A stretch of 64,000 nt of DNA from Candidatus Hydrogenedentes bacterium UBA6118 (lineage in GTDB: Bacteria > Hydrogenedentota > Hydrogenedentia > Hydrogenedentales > SLHB01). Shown one piece after another: positions 9,563 to 19,343 of this stretch (its first letter is position 1; the number at the start of each line of letters is the position of its first letter). Below the pieces are notes generated by a model. That model was given only the letters and a program-made list of their open reading frames with translations. It did no database searches and was not told the origin of the DNA. The position numbers and the translations under genes were made by a program. The DNA is taken from the NCBI GenBank assembly GCA_002422525.1, contig DIWA01000015.1:33797-97796 (forward strand). Reading direction: 5' to 3'.

Positions 9563-10555
9563 TCAGGTGAAGATGGCCTCGACGTAGTCGACGGCGGAGA
9601 AGGGCTGGAGATCCTCGACGCCTTCGCCGACGCCGATGTACTTGATGGGGATGCCGAGCTGCCGCTGGATGGCGACGGCGACGCCGCCTTTGGCGGTGCC
9701 GTCGAGCTTGGTGACGATGAGGCCGGTGACGTTGAGGGCCTCCGTGAAGACCTTGGCCTGCTGCAGGCCGTTCTGGCCCGTGGTGGCGTCGAGCACGAGC
9801 AGCACGTCATGGGGCGCCTCAGGATAGCGCTTGCCGATGACGCGCTGGATCTTGCGCAGCTCCTCCATGAGATTGACCTTGGTGTGCAGGCGGCCGGCCG
9901 TGTCGATGAGGAGGCAGTCGATGCCGCGCGCGATTGCCGCGTCCGTTGCGTCGAATGCGACCGCGGCGGGGTCCGCGCCGTCTTGATGCCTGATGATGGG
10001 GATGTCGACGCGCTCGCTCCAGATGGTGAGCTGCTCAACGGCGGCGGCGCGGAAGGTGTCCGCCGCGGCGAGCATGACGGTCTTGCCCTGTTGTTTGAGA
10101 TGGGAGGCGAGCTTGCCGATCGTGGTGGTCTTGCCGGATCCGTTGACGCCGACGACGAGGGTGACATGGGGGCCGCCGTCGGCGGCGAACCGCAGGGTAT
10201 GGTCGCCGGGTTCGAGGGCGGCGACCAGCTCCTCCTTGAGAACGGCGTAGAGTTCGTCCGGATTCTGGAGGCGGCGTTGGCGCACGGCGGTGCGCATCTC
10301 GTCGACGAGGGCGAGGCTGAGCTCGACGCCGAAATCGGCCTCGACGAGGATCTCCTCGAGTTCGTCGTAGACATCGTCGTTGATCTGCGTGTGGCCTGAG
10401 AAGACCCGCTTGACGTTGTCGACGAGGTTGCTGCGCGTCTTGCCGAGCTGTTCGCGAAGCCGGCCGAGGAATCCCTTATTGGCTTGTGTCATGTTGATGG
10501 GTCCTGTTGGGGGTTGGGTACGGGAGGAAGCTACCACGGCGCCGCGATGCAACAC
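9563..10555 (-). CDS. ftsY: signal recognition particle receptor FtsY
   Basis: 330 aa with an SRP-GTPase NG domain. Motifs: P-loop GVNGSGKTTTIGKLA, DTAGR, and the G4 motif TKLDGTAKGG. Confidence 0.9.
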   Translation of the reverse strand: MLHRGAVVASSRTQPPTGPINMTQANKGFLGRLREQLGKTRSNLVDNVKRVFSGHTQINDDVYDELEEILVEADFGVELSLALVDEMRTAVRQRRLQNPDELYAVLKEELVAALEPGDHTLRFAADGGPHVTLVVGVNGSGKTTTIGKLASHLKQQGKTVMLAAADTFRAAAVEQLTIWSERVDIPIIRHQDGADPAAVAFDATDAAIARGIDCLLIDTAGRLHTKVNLMEELRKIQRVIGKRYPEAPHDVLLVLDATTGQNGLQQAKVFTEALNVTGLIVTKLDGTAKGGVAVAIQRQLGIPIKYIGVGEGVEDLQPFSAVDYVEAIFT

Positions 10556-10597
10556 AAACCGCGGGCGCGGCGGCAGGGAGGGCGTTCGGCGCGGGGG

Positions 10598-11788
10598 TCA
10601 GCCTTCGGCGGCGGTGTCCTGCGTCGCGGGCGCCGGCTGCTGCGCGGGCGCGGGGTTGGGGTTGAAGCGGCCGGCGTACTCGAGCTCGCAGCAGCCGCGG
10701 CAGAGGGCGAAGCCGGATTCGCGGCGGCGTTGACGGAAGCGGCGCAGCTCGGGGCCGTTCCAGATCTCTTTGAGCGGTTTTTCGCGCACGTTGCCGACCT
10801 TCTGGATGAAGCAGGGGTAGACGCCGCCCTTGGCGCCGATGTAGAGGTTCATCCAGACGGCGCGGCACTCGAACTGCGCGAGGTCGTAGCCCTGGTCGTA
10901 GTGGTTGAGGACTTCTTCGTAGGGCATGCGGGGGAGGCGGACTTCGATGCCGAGGCGCCTGGCCTCGGCGAGGGCGCCGCGCAGGGCCTTGTCGAGGCGG
11001 GCGCGATTGATGGTGGGCATGGCGATGTCCTCGCGGGAGAACTCGCCGGGATCGACGAGGCCGACGCGTTCGTAGTCGTCGAGGGATCGCATCTCGGTGA
11101 GGAGGTTGAGGACGTCGGCGCCGGCGTCGGCGGCGATGCGCGGCATCTCCGGCAGGCAATCGAGGTTCTCGTCCTGGACCACGGTGTTCATGTGGATGAG
11201 GGGGGCGTGTTTGCCCAGGCGGTCGCGGTGTTCGCGAAGCGTCGTGACGCCGGCGATGCTGCGGTCGAAGGCGCCCGTCTGGGCGCGGATCACGTCGTGG
11301 ACGTCGCGCGTGCCGTCGATCGAGACGCCGAGGAAGTTGAAGCCGCGCATGCCGAACCATTTTGGGGCGAGTTCGGCGCAGCGGCGGGCGCGCTCTTCGG
11401 TGAGCATGGTGGCGTTCGAGATGAAGTGGACGCGACGCCGGGCGCAGGCGTACTCGAGGATCTCCATGAAGTCCTTGCGGACGAAGACCTCGCCGCCGGT
11501 GAAGGTGAGGAGGCTGAAGCGGGCGGTCTGGTCGATGACGTTGCGCCACTCGTCCGTGGTCAGTTCGCCTTCGGCTTGCACGCGCCCGGGGGTGGTCTTG
11601 TACCACTCGATGTACTGGCACATTTTGCAGCGCAGGTTGCATCGGCGGGTGACTTCGAGGAAGTAGTGCTGGGCGGGGAAGCTGGCGCCGCTTCTGGAGA
11701 GGCGGTAGGGGGCGGCGGTGTAGAGTCGCGTGAGGCCGCGATAGAGTCGCGTGATCAGGCCCATGGGGCTGTATGCGGTGGCATCCAT
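10598..11788 (-). CDS. radical SAM / SPASM-domain protein
   Basis: The CNLRCKMCQY (CxxxCxxC) cluster is near the N-terminus. The C-terminal SPASM Cys pattern is CRAVW...YPCF...CRGCCELEY. The likely start is the ATG at 11786-11788 (MDATAY, RBS GAGGA); the track uses an upstream TTG. Confidence 0.8.
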   Translation of the reverse strand: MDATAYSPMGLITRLYRGLTRLYTAAPYRLSRSGASFPAQHYFLEVTRRCNLRCKMCQYIEWYKTTPGRVQAEGELTTDEWRNVIDQTARFSLLTFTGGEVFVRKDFMEILEYACARRRVHFISNATMLTEERARRCAELAPKWFGMRGFNFLGVSIDGTRDVHDVIRAQTGAFDRSIAGVTTLREHRDRLGKHAPLIHMNTVVQDENLDCLPEMPRIAADAGADVLNLLTEMRSLDDYERVGLVDPGEFSREDIAMPTINRARLDKALRGALAEARRLGIEVRLPRMPYEEVLNHYDQGYDLAQFECRAVWMNLYIGAKGGVYPCFIQKVGNVREKPLKEIWNGPELRRFRQRRRESGFALCRGCCELEYAGRFNPNPAPAQQPAPATQDTAAEG

Positions 11789-11930
11789 GACTATCCTCGG
11801 GGTTCGGCGCAACGGGGCGGGTCGGCATACGCTCCCGCGTGTCCCTCCGTTGGTAAGAGCAACAGGCGCCTGGTCGACCGTATTTCGCGCGGGCGCGGAT
11901 GATGGATGATCGCGTCGCGCGGCGTCGCGT

Positions 11931-12611
11931 CTAGCTTAGCACGGGTTGACCCGGATCCAGGAGCGGGCCGAGCGGGCAGGCGTCGCATTTGGGGGAGCGG
12001 CGACAGAAGTCCTTGCCGACGAACACGATAAGCCCGTGGTACTCGCCGTAGACGTGGATGTCTCGGGGGAGATGCGCTTCGAACAGGGCTTGCAGGGCGT
12101 GGTAGTCGATGTCCGGGGGACAGAGGCCGTGGCGACTGAAGATGCGGCGGGTGTAGGCGTCGATGACGAACACGGGCTTGTCGCAGGCGTAGAGCAGAAT
12201 ATCGTCGGCGGTCTCGGGGCCGATGCCGTGGAGGGCGAGGAGCTCGCGGCGCAGGGCGGGCATGGGGCGTGCGGCCAGCCGGGCCATGTCGCCGTCGTAG
12301 TGGTCGACGAGATGGCGGCAGAAGTGGAGCAGGCGCTTGGTCTTCACGCGGAAGAAGCCCGCGGGACGGAGCAGTTCGTGCAGTTCCTCGTCGCCGCGGG
12401 CGAGGAGGGCGCGGGGGTCGAGGGCGTCGGCGGCCTTGAGGTTGTCGATGGCGCGCTCGACGTTGGTCCATGCGGTGTTCTGTGTGAGGATGGCCCCGAC
12501 GGCGATCTCGAACGGGGTCTCGCCGGGCCACCAGTGCGTGGGGCCGTAGTGGGCGTGCAGGGCGTCGTGGAAGCGCAGTATTGCGTCGTATTGCGGCCGG
12601 GCGTCGGTCAT
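11931..12611 (-). CDS. endonuclease III-like HhH-GPD DNA glycosylase
   Basis: HhH motif LLALHGIGPETADDIL, a catalytic Asp, and the C-terminal [4Fe-4S] loop CRRSPKCDACPL. Confidence 0.75.
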   Translation of the reverse strand: MTDARPQYDAILRFHDALHAHYGPTHWWPGETPFEIAVGAILTQNTAWTNVERAIDNLKAADALDPRALLARGDEELHELLRPAGFFRVKTKRLLHFCRHLVDHYDGDMARLAARPMPALRRELLALHGIGPETADDILLYACDKPVFVIDAYTRRIFSRHGLCPPDIDYHALQALFEAHLPRDIHVYGEYHGLIVFVGKDFCRRSPKCDACPLGPLLDPGQPVLS

Positions 12612-13528
12612 GGGCGGATCAGACTCAGGGCGACGGGGGTCTTGGCGTCGGCGCGGGTCTCGGCGGCGAGACTGCCGAGGTTGACGGCGAGTTCGAGGAA
12701 GCCGGCGCTCTGGACCAGGGCGAGGCGTTCGCCGGCGGGGACGTCGCTGTAGGTGGTCTTGAACGGGGCCTCGAACGTCTCCTCGCCCAGGGTGATGCGC
12801 AGGCGGGCGTCCGGCCGGATGTCGGCGTCCGCGAGCAGCGTCGCCGGGATGTTGGTGACCAGATTGCCGTAGGGATCGGAGCGGAGGACGACGCCTTCGA
12901 TCGCGTCGTCGCGGATCCGGGCCTGGGGGATCTCGAAGCGGATGAAGTCGGGCAGATCCGGTCCGACGGAGGCGATTGGCGCGCCCGCGGCCAGGGCGGC
13001 GGCCAGCGGGCCGAAGATGTCGCGGCCGTGGAAGGTGTGGGACTCGGCATCGGCCCAGAGGTCGCGGTTCACGCCCTCGCGCGCGTCGGCGACGCCGTCG
13101 CGCTGGGCGACGACGGTGAGCAGGCCGTTGTCGGGCGCGACGAAGAGCTGGTTCTTGCGGGTGCGCAGGACGAGGACGCGACGGTCCGTGCCGACGCCGG
13201 GGTCAACGACGACGCAGAATACGGTCCCCTCGGGGAAGGCGGAGCAGCCCTCGGCCAGCATGAAGGCCCCGGTGAGGATGTCGTACGCGGGCACGCTGTG
13301 GGTCAGGTCGACGGCGCGGACGTCGGTCTGTTTGGTCGCGATTGCGCCCCGGAGCATCCCGACGTAGAGCGAGTCCGCGCCGTAGTCGGTGAGCAGGGCG
13401 ACGATGCCGTTGGGTTGGAAGGCTGAGGAATCGGGCGGCGCGTCTTGGGCGGCGGCGGGGGCGACGGCGGCGAGTAAGGCGAGACAGCACAGCGCGCTGA
13501 TGACGTATCGGGTTCGGATGGACACCAT
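12608..13528 (-). CDS. SAM hydroxide adenosyltransferase (DUF62 family) with N-terminal signal peptide
   Basis: ATG at 13526-13528 has a GGAGG RBS. The signal peptide is MVSIRTRYVISALCCLALLAAVAPAAAQ. The DUF62 core shows LTDYGADSLYVG, VDPGVGT and SAGFLELAVNLGS. Its stop overlaps the next gene's start by 4 nt. Confidence 0.65.
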   Translation of the reverse strand: MVSIRTRYVISALCCLALLAAVAPAAAQDAPPDSSAFQPNGIVALLTDYGADSLYVGMLRGAIATKQTDVRAVDLTHSVPAYDILTGAFMLAEGCSAFPEGTVFCVVVDPGVGTDRRVLVLRTRKNQLFVAPDNGLLTVVAQRDGVADAREGVNRDLWADAESHTFHGRDIFGPLAAALAAGAPIASVGPDLPDFIRFEIPQARIRDDAIEGVVLRSDPYGNLVTNIPATLLADADIRPDARLRITLGEETFEAPFKTTYSDVPAGERLALVQSAGFLELAVNLGSLAAETRADAKTPVALSLIRP

Positions 13529-13671
13529 GGGTTCCTCCAGCGGATGGGTTGTCTGGGGCGCCCGGCTCCGCGAGGCCGGGGCGCGAGGCGCGTATTGTAC
13601 CGATCGCGTATGGCCCCTGCACGGTTTTCGAGGTTGTGGCGGGGGGCGGGGTGTGAAATACTGACGGCGCC

Positions 13672-15930
13672 GTGATCCGGGCGGAACGGCAGGCGTTGGG
13701 CCGACGAAGAGGAGGCATGGCCGTGTATCTTGCGTTGTTGCCGTTGGGAATCTTGTGTGCATCGATGGGGGCGCCGGCGCCGCCGCCCGCGGACCTGCTC
13801 GAGGACGTGCCGGAGCATTTCCCGCGGTTCTATGTGGAAGGGGCTGAGGAGGACGCGCAATGGCTGGGGCGGTACCTATGGTATCACTACAAGAACCGGT
13901 TGGGAGCGGGGCCGACGCTGTTCAACAAGGAGTACATCGCGACGTCCGACCTGTGGATGGGCGGCTCGATGCACCCGCACCGGAACAAGACGGCGCAGGA
14001 GCAGTTTCGCGCGGACCTGTTGGCGATCCGGATGCAAGACGACGGGTATGTCGAGACGCATCAGCACTTCTCGCACGCGCATGAGCAGGGCTGGCCGTTC
14101 CCGATGTGGGTGCAGGGGGATCCCGGTCGGCTGACGGCGGGGTGGCATTTCCAGGAGCAGGGGTTCGGGTGGGCCTGGGAACACTATCTGAACCACCAGC
14201 CCGATTCGCCGTTCGGGCGGGCGCGGGCGATCGAAGGATGGACGCTGGAGAACGTCGCGTCGGAGGGGATCGTGGACGGGAGGTGGCGCTTGACGGCCAC
14301 AGGCCCGTCGCCGGCGATCACCACGCCCGCGGGGCCGACGATCGACGCGTTCAACGCGCCGTATCTGCAACTGCGGTGGAAGCGGAGCGGGGAAGCGCCG
14401 GACGGCGTGCTGCCGTATCTGGAGTGGAAGCGCGAAGGCGACGCCGCGTTCAGCGAAGAGCGGCGCGTGTCGATCCTTCCGGGGACGGGGAACCCGGACT
14501 ACGAGAAGCAGACGGGCGTGAATCACGCGATGATCGCGATGCACGGCCATCCGCAGTGGGAGGGGACGATCACGGCGATCCGGCTGTCGCTGGCGCCGGG
14601 CGAGTCGGACGTGACCTTCGACGTGGATTCGTTCTTCACGGTGTACGACACGCGGCACAGCATCAACAACCCGATCTACATCCTGGCGTGCTGGGACTAC
14701 TACCGGTGGACGGGCGACGCAGGGTTCCTGCAGGAGGTGATCGGCCGGATGCGCACGGCGCTGCGGTACCAGCAGACGGTGATGGGCGGGCAGGAGCTGA
14801 ACCATATTCGCAATCCGTGGCCGGGCCATGACGGATTGCCCGGGTTCACGGTGCATCCGGACGGATCGAAGGAGGTCCGCCACGGCCACGGGATCGGCAA
14901 TAACTATTGGGACCTGCTGCCGTTCGGCTGGGACGACATGTACGCGACGTCGCAGTACTACGCGTCGCTGTTGGCGATGGCGGAGGTTGAGGACGCGGTG
15001 CGGCGGCATCCGGAGTGGGGGATCGCGCAGGGCGCCGATGCGTTCGAGCCGGAGGCGCTGCGGGAGCATGCGGCGCAGGTGAAGCAGACGGCGAACCGGA
15101 AGTTCTGGAACGCTGAAACGGGGCGGTTCTTTGCGTGCATCGACAGGGATGGGAACGCGCATGACTTCGGCTTTACCTTCCTGAACCTCGACGCGATCTG
15201 GTACGGGATTGCGTCGGACGAGCGCGCGGCGTCGATCATGAGCTGGATCAACGGCGATCGGATTGTGGAGGGCGACACGTCGCAGGGCGCGGACATCTAC
15301 CATTGGCGGTTCGGTCCGCGGGCGACGACGCTGCGTAACGAGACGTGGTACGTGTGGGTGTGGCATGCGCCGGAGTCGATCCCGTGGGGCGGCCAGGTGC
15401 AGGACGGCGGCGCGGTGCTGGGGTTCAGCTTCTACGACCTCTGGGCGCGCTTGCAGACGTTCGGTCCGGACGATGCGTGGACGCGGCTGCAGGCCCTGCT
15501 GGCATGGGAGCGGGACGTGTGGGCCGAGGGCGGCTACCGGCCGTACTACGCGGACGGCAGCAAGGGCACGACGCTGCAGGGCGGCGGCACGGCCGGCGGG
15601 CTGGGGATTGACCAGGAGTTCTACGAGAGCAGCCTCGTGCCGACGGTCTTCGTGCGGGGGTTCCTCGGGATCGAGCCGCTGGCGGACGGGCTGCTGATCG
15701 CGCCGAAGCTGCCCGAGGCGCATCCGCGCATGGGGATGACGAACCTGTTCTACCGCGGGGCGCGGCTGGACATCCTGGCGGATGCGGCGGGCGTGTCGAT
15801 CCAGGCGCACGACGTGCCGCCGGAAGGCGTGGTGATCGTGTTCCTCGCGCCGCACGCCGACGCGGAGGAGCAGACCGGGACCGTGTTCCGGCTGGCGCAG
15901 TCGGGCGAGTACCGGTTCACGAAGCAGTAG
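13672..15930 (+). CDS. six-hairpin (alpha/alpha)6 glycoside hydrolase, secreted
   Basis: GTG at 13672 gives a positively charged n-region (RQALGRRRGG) and h-region (MAVYLALLPLGILCA). The alternative start is the ATG at 13717. The six-hairpin GH signatures are NPIYILACWDYYRWTGDAGFL and GNNYWDLLPFGWDDMYATSQYYASL. Confidence 0.55.
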   Translation: MIRAERQALGRRRGGMAVYLALLPLGILCASMGAPAPPPADLLEDVPEHFPRFYVEGAEEDAQWLGRYLWYHYKNRLGAGPTLFNKEYIATSDLWMGGSMHPHRNKTAQEQFRADLLAIRMQDDGYVETHQHFSHAHEQGWPFPMWVQGDPGRLTAGWHFQEQGFGWAWEHYLNHQPDSPFGRARAIEGWTLENVASEGIVDGRWRLTATGPSPAITTPAGPTIDAFNAPYLQLRWKRSGEAPDGVLPYLEWKREGDAAFSEERRVSILPGTGNPDYEKQTGVNHAMIAMHGHPQWEGTITAIRLSLAPGESDVTFDVDSFFTVYDTRHSINNPIYILACWDYYRWTGDAGFLQEVIGRMRTALRYQQTVMGGQELNHIRNPWPGHDGLPGFTVHPDGSKEVRHGHGIGNNYWDLLPFGWDDMYATSQYYASLLAMAEVEDAVRRHPEWGIAQGADAFEPEALREHAAQVKQTANRKFWNAETGRFFACIDRDGNAHDFGFTFLNLDAIWYGIASDERAASIMSWINGDRIVEGDTSQGADIYHWRFGPRATTLRNETWYVWVWHAPESIPWGGQVQDGGAVLGFSFYDLWARLQTFGPDDAWTRLQALLAWERDVWAEGGYRPYYADGSKGTTLQGGGTAGGLGIDQEFYESSLVPTVFVRGFLGIEPLADGLLIAPKLPEAHPRMGMTNLFYRGARLDILADAAGVSIQAHDVPPEGVVIVFLAPHADAEEQTGTVFRLAQSGEYRFTKQ

Positions 15931-15998
15931 GCGCAGGCGACGCGAAAGCGCCCGCCGCGGGGACGGATTCCTGTCCAGCGGCGGGCGCGCTGGAGAAC

Positions 15999-16078
15999 GG
16001 CGTGAAGGGGTGTGGGACGAGCCTCGATCGCGTGGGCCAGCATGTGCTGGAGATAGATCTCGTCGCTATGCTGCGTCA
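15999..16078 (-). pseudogene. hepT (HEPN/DUF86 toxin) 5' remnant
   Basis: ATG at 16076-16078 overlaps the mntA stop in the classic ATGA-type arrangement. It encodes MTQHSDEIYLQHMLAHAIEA, a HepT-like N-terminus, and then loses all HEPN conservation with no Rx4-6H motif. The rest of the frame lies over the 3' end of the GH gene on the other strand. Confidence 0.35.
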
Positions 16079-16371
16079 TATACTGGCTCTGCTTCCCCAA
16101 GCACCTTGTCGCGAAAGCCAGCGCTCAGCGAACTGGCGAGGTTGAGATCCACTTGCCGGTCGAGCAGTTCGGATAGCTCCGCTTCGATCGTCCCCAGTCG
16201 GATGAACCCGACTCGCTCGCCTGGTGCGAACTCGGCGAGGAGGTCGATGTCGCTCTCGGGGGAGAAGTCTCGTCGGAGCACGGAGCCGAATGCGGCCAGC
16301 CTGCGGATCCGGTGTTTCTGGCAGAAGGCGCTGAGAGCCTCGTCAGAGATACCCAATCGGCTGCGGTCCAT
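16066..16371 (-). CDS. mntA: MntA-type nucleotidyltransferase antitoxin
   Basis: ATG at 16369-16371 (MDRSRLGISDEALSAF...). Minimal nucleotidyltransferase motif GSVLRRDFSPESDIDLL. Confidence 0.65.
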   Translation of the reverse strand: MDRSRLGISDEALSAFCQKHRIRRLAAFGSVLRRDFSPESDIDLLAEFAPGERVGFIRLGTIEAELSELLDRQVDLNLASSLSAGFRDKVLGEAEPVYDAA

Positions 16372-16634
16372 GTGGCGCCTCCGTGTCAACCTGCTCGATC
16401 TTTGCACGAGACCCGAGTCTTACTCAACCCGGATTCGACGACCAAGTGCACGGCAGGTCGCCGAGTTCATACAGGAGGTGCAACGCGGGGAGAGAGGCCC
16501 TTTCCCGTCGGAGGCGTCCGTCGCTGATTGAGCGCGGCGGCGCAAGTAGTCTGTCCCTGTCCCATACGCCGAGTGAGGGTAGGCGCCCGCGCGTTGGTCG
16601 GCGCATAGGATCGGGGCAGGTCAACGTCGTGACG

Positions 16635-18272
16635 CTACGCCTCCACGCGGACGATGCCCTCGGGGAGGTCGATCTCGGATGCGACGGCGCCGTCGGCCTT
16701 GCGTTCGTGGCGCACGCGGATGTCGCCCTTCGGCGTCGGGTAGGTTCCTTCGGCGAAGGCGAGGTCGCCGAGGTGCGGCTCGATGGCGACCTTGGCGAAG
16801 CCGGGCGCGACGGGACGGATGCCGAGCACATGCCGGCTCATCCAGGCGGTCGGGCCGGCGGCCCAGCCGTGACAGAGGCTGTGGCGAAGGCCCTTGTAGC
16901 AGTAGTCGCCGAAGTCGCCGTGGATGTCTTTCATGCCTTCCGGCACGGGTTCGTCGATGCCGGCGGCGTTGTCGGTCCAGTCGAGGTTGAAATCCTCCCA
17001 GAAGGTGGTCGCGCCGAGGTCGAGCATGGCGCCCCAGAATTTGCGGATGACGTCCAGGCAGCCCTGGTGGTCGCCGGCCATGGCGCGGGCTTCGAGGACG
17101 TAGTAGCCGTAGAAGGTGGACAGGTTGCGTGCGGGGTCGGCGCCGAGCACCTTCGCGTTCGTCTCGGCGGCGTCGGCGTGGCCGGACAGCACGAGCAGGG
17201 CGTTGGCCTGTTTGCTCGAGGTGGGCGGGGGCAGATACCGGCTCAGGCGCTGGGCGGCGACGAGGCATTCCTCCTGGTGGGAGCGTTCGCCGAGGATGCC
17301 GCAGAGCTCCGCGCCGGCGCGCAGGCTCATTGTGAGCAGGGCCTGGAGGCCGGCATGGACGGCGCTGTGGTCGGGGCTGGAGGGCCAGTCGAGGAAGCGG
17401 GCGCCGTCGAGGGTCTCCTTGCCGTCGGCGTCGACCTTCGAACGGAGCATGGTCAGCAGATCCAGCAGGTAGGGGCGCTGCTGGGCGAGGTAGTCGGCGT
17501 TTCCGTGGAAATGGTGCCAGCAGTGGTGGATGAGGACCCACCACAGCGAGTAGGAGCTGATGCCGTTCATCCAGCGGGGCAGGGGCGTCTCATCGCGGAC
17601 CTTGTCGAGACTCTCGGGCACGATGTCGGTCTCGCCGAAGACGGTGTTGATCACCATGGTCTCGGGGTGCATGTCGCCGATCCAGACGAGGCGGTCGCGT
17701 TTGATGCCGTCCCAGAGGTGGTCCTGCATGCAGAGGTGAACGGTGTACGCGCCGGTCTGCCAGATCGTGTTGAGGCGTTCGTCGTTGCAGCGGAACGATC
17801 CGCGGTAGGGGAGGTCGCGGAAGACGAAGATGCCGCGGACCCGCTCGATCTCCCATTCGGTTCCCTTGTCGAGCAGATCGATGCGGACGAAGCGGAACCC
17901 GGTGTTGCCGATCTCGGCCGCGCCGCACCAGGGGATGCGGCACTCGAGGTCGTGGATGCTGTGGTCTTGGTTCGGGGCGCCCATGACCTCGCTGACCGAT
18001 TCGCCGAACCGCAGGCGGATGCGCACGGGGGACTGGTTGTTGGTCCAGCCGTGGCGGAGGTGGACGCCGCCGTGGATCTCGCGACCGAAGTCGAGCACGA
18101 TGGAGGCGGGGGCGTCGGTGTAGCGCATCATGGCCGATCCCGCGCCGTCCTGGCAGACGCGCTCGAGGTTCTCGAACGCCTTGTCGCCGCCGGATTTCCA
18201 GACGATGCGCGTCGGCAGTACGTAGTGGCGCACTCTCGGGTCCAGCGTTGCATGGTCCAGCCGCAGATGCAT
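16635..18272 (-). CDS. GH78-like six-hairpin glycoside hydrolase (alpha-L-rhamnosidase-like)
   Basis: 545 aa. N-terminal beta-sandwich (IVLDFGREIHGGVHL), six-hairpin region (WQTGAYTVHLCMQDHLWDGIKRDRLVWIGDMHPE, TFWEDFNLDW), and a C-terminal beta domain. Confidence 0.5.
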   Translation of the reverse strand: MHLRLDHATLDPRVRHYVLPTRIVWKSGGDKAFENLERVCQDGAGSAMMRYTDAPASIVLDFGREIHGGVHLRHGWTNNQSPVRIRLRFGESVSEVMGAPNQDHSIHDLECRIPWCGAAEIGNTGFRFVRIDLLDKGTEWEIERVRGIFVFRDLPYRGSFRCNDERLNTIWQTGAYTVHLCMQDHLWDGIKRDRLVWIGDMHPETMVINTVFGETDIVPESLDKVRDETPLPRWMNGISSYSLWWVLIHHCWHHFHGNADYLAQQRPYLLDLLTMLRSKVDADGKETLDGARFLDWPSSPDHSAVHAGLQALLTMSLRAGAELCGILGERSHQEECLVAAQRLSRYLPPPTSSKQANALLVLSGHADAAETNAKVLGADPARNLSTFYGYYVLEARAMAGDHQGCLDVIRKFWGAMLDLGATTFWEDFNLDWTDNAAGIDEPVPEGMKDIHGDFGDYCYKGLRHSLCHGWAAGPTAWMSRHVLGIRPVAPGFAKVAIEPHLGDLAFAEGTYPTPKGDIRVRHERKADGAVASEIDLPEGIVRVEA

Positions 18273-18377
18273 GGTTGCTCTCCTTGTAACTTCGGCAGCG
18301 GAATATGGGGGTCCTGACGTGCGGGCGGCGGGTAGTCTAGAGGCAATGCCGCAATGACCGCAAGATAGTCGCGGGGG

Positions 18378-19343
18378 CTAGGGAGATTCGGGAGCGGCGT
18401 CGCGCAGGTCGGCGTCGACTTCCTGAATCCACGCGAGGGCTTCGTCGAGCACGGCGCGGACGGTGTCCGGGTCGAGGCCGATGTGGTCGCCTTCGTACCA
18501 TGTGATCGATTTGGGTTCGCCCGCGGCGTCGTAGAGGGCCTGCGCGGCGGCTGTGGGGATGAGCTGGTCGTCGGTCCCGTTCTGGAAGAGGATGGGGCGG
18601 GGGCTGATGCGGCCGACGTAGTGGATCGGGTCGGCGGTCTGGAGCAGCCAGGAGACGAGGCCGGCGGCCTCGTCGTGCCAGGGGCCGAGCTCTTCGGCCG
18701 CGGCGCGGTTGCCAAGGAGCACGGGCAGGTTGCCGCCGCCGTACACGAGGGCGACCGCGCGGAAGCGTTCGTCGAAGGCGGCGGCGGTCGCGCCGGTGAT
18801 GGCGCCGTAGCTGGCGCCCATGAGGTAGATGCGGTCGGAGGCGATTTCGGGGCGCGTCTGCAGGTAGTCGATGAGGCGGCGGGCCTCGATCACGGTGAGC
18901 GCGCCGCGCCTATAGAAGGCGGATGCCACGCGCAAGGGGCTTTCGTCGTCGTCGAGTTTGCGCTCGCCGCGCATGAGCTGGTCGAACGTGGCCATGGCGA
19001 AGCCGGCTTGGGTGAAAGGCCCGGCGATGCGGTCGAGGAACTTGCGGTCCTGGCCGATGCCGTGGAGGAACACGATGCAGGGAACGGGTCCGTCGGCGTC
19101 GAGGGGGAGCGCGAGGCGCGCGGGGACGGTAACGCCGGGAGCGCCCTGGAAGGCGACCTCGATGCGGCGGAACGGGGCTTCCGCCTCTTCGGGATGGACC
19201 GTCTCGTCGGCGCGGATTTCGGCATTCAGCGCAAGGTCGGGGTCGTAGCCGTCGTAGTACCGGGCGTCGAAGTAGGCTTTGGCCGCGACCGCGCCGGCTC
19301 CGGCGAGGGCGACGACGGCGACGAGGATCAGCAAGCTGCGCAT
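18378..19343 (-). CDS. membrane-anchored alpha/beta hydrolase (dienelactone hydrolase / S9-like)
   Basis: ATG at 19341-19343 gives the TM anchor MRSLLILVAVVALAGAGAVAA. Nucleophile elbow LMGASYG, plus HG and D/H downstream. The track ORF extends to 19595. Confidence 0.6.
   Translation of the reverse strand: MRSLLILVAVVALAGAGAVAAKAYFDARYYDGYDPDLALNAEIRADETVHPEEAEAPFRRIEVAFQGAPGVTVPARLALPLDADGPVPCIVFLHGIGQDRKFLDRIAGPFTQAGFAMATFDQLMRGERKLDDDESPLRVASAFYRRGALTVIEARRLIDYLQTRPEIASDRIYLMGASYGAITGATAAAFDERFRAVALVYGGGNLPVLLGNRAAAEELGPWHDEAAGLVSWLLQTADPIHYVGRISPRPILFQNGTDDQLIPTAAAQALYDAAGEPKSITWYEGDHIGLDPDTVRAVLDEALAWIQEVDADLRDAAPESP

Noticed and set aside
15750-16100. 116-aa ORF called as an intact hepT toxin
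   Set aside because: Only the first ~20 residues look HepT-like. No Rx4-6H HEPN motif. The frame overlaps the well-supported glycoside hydrolase gene. I treat it as a remnant.
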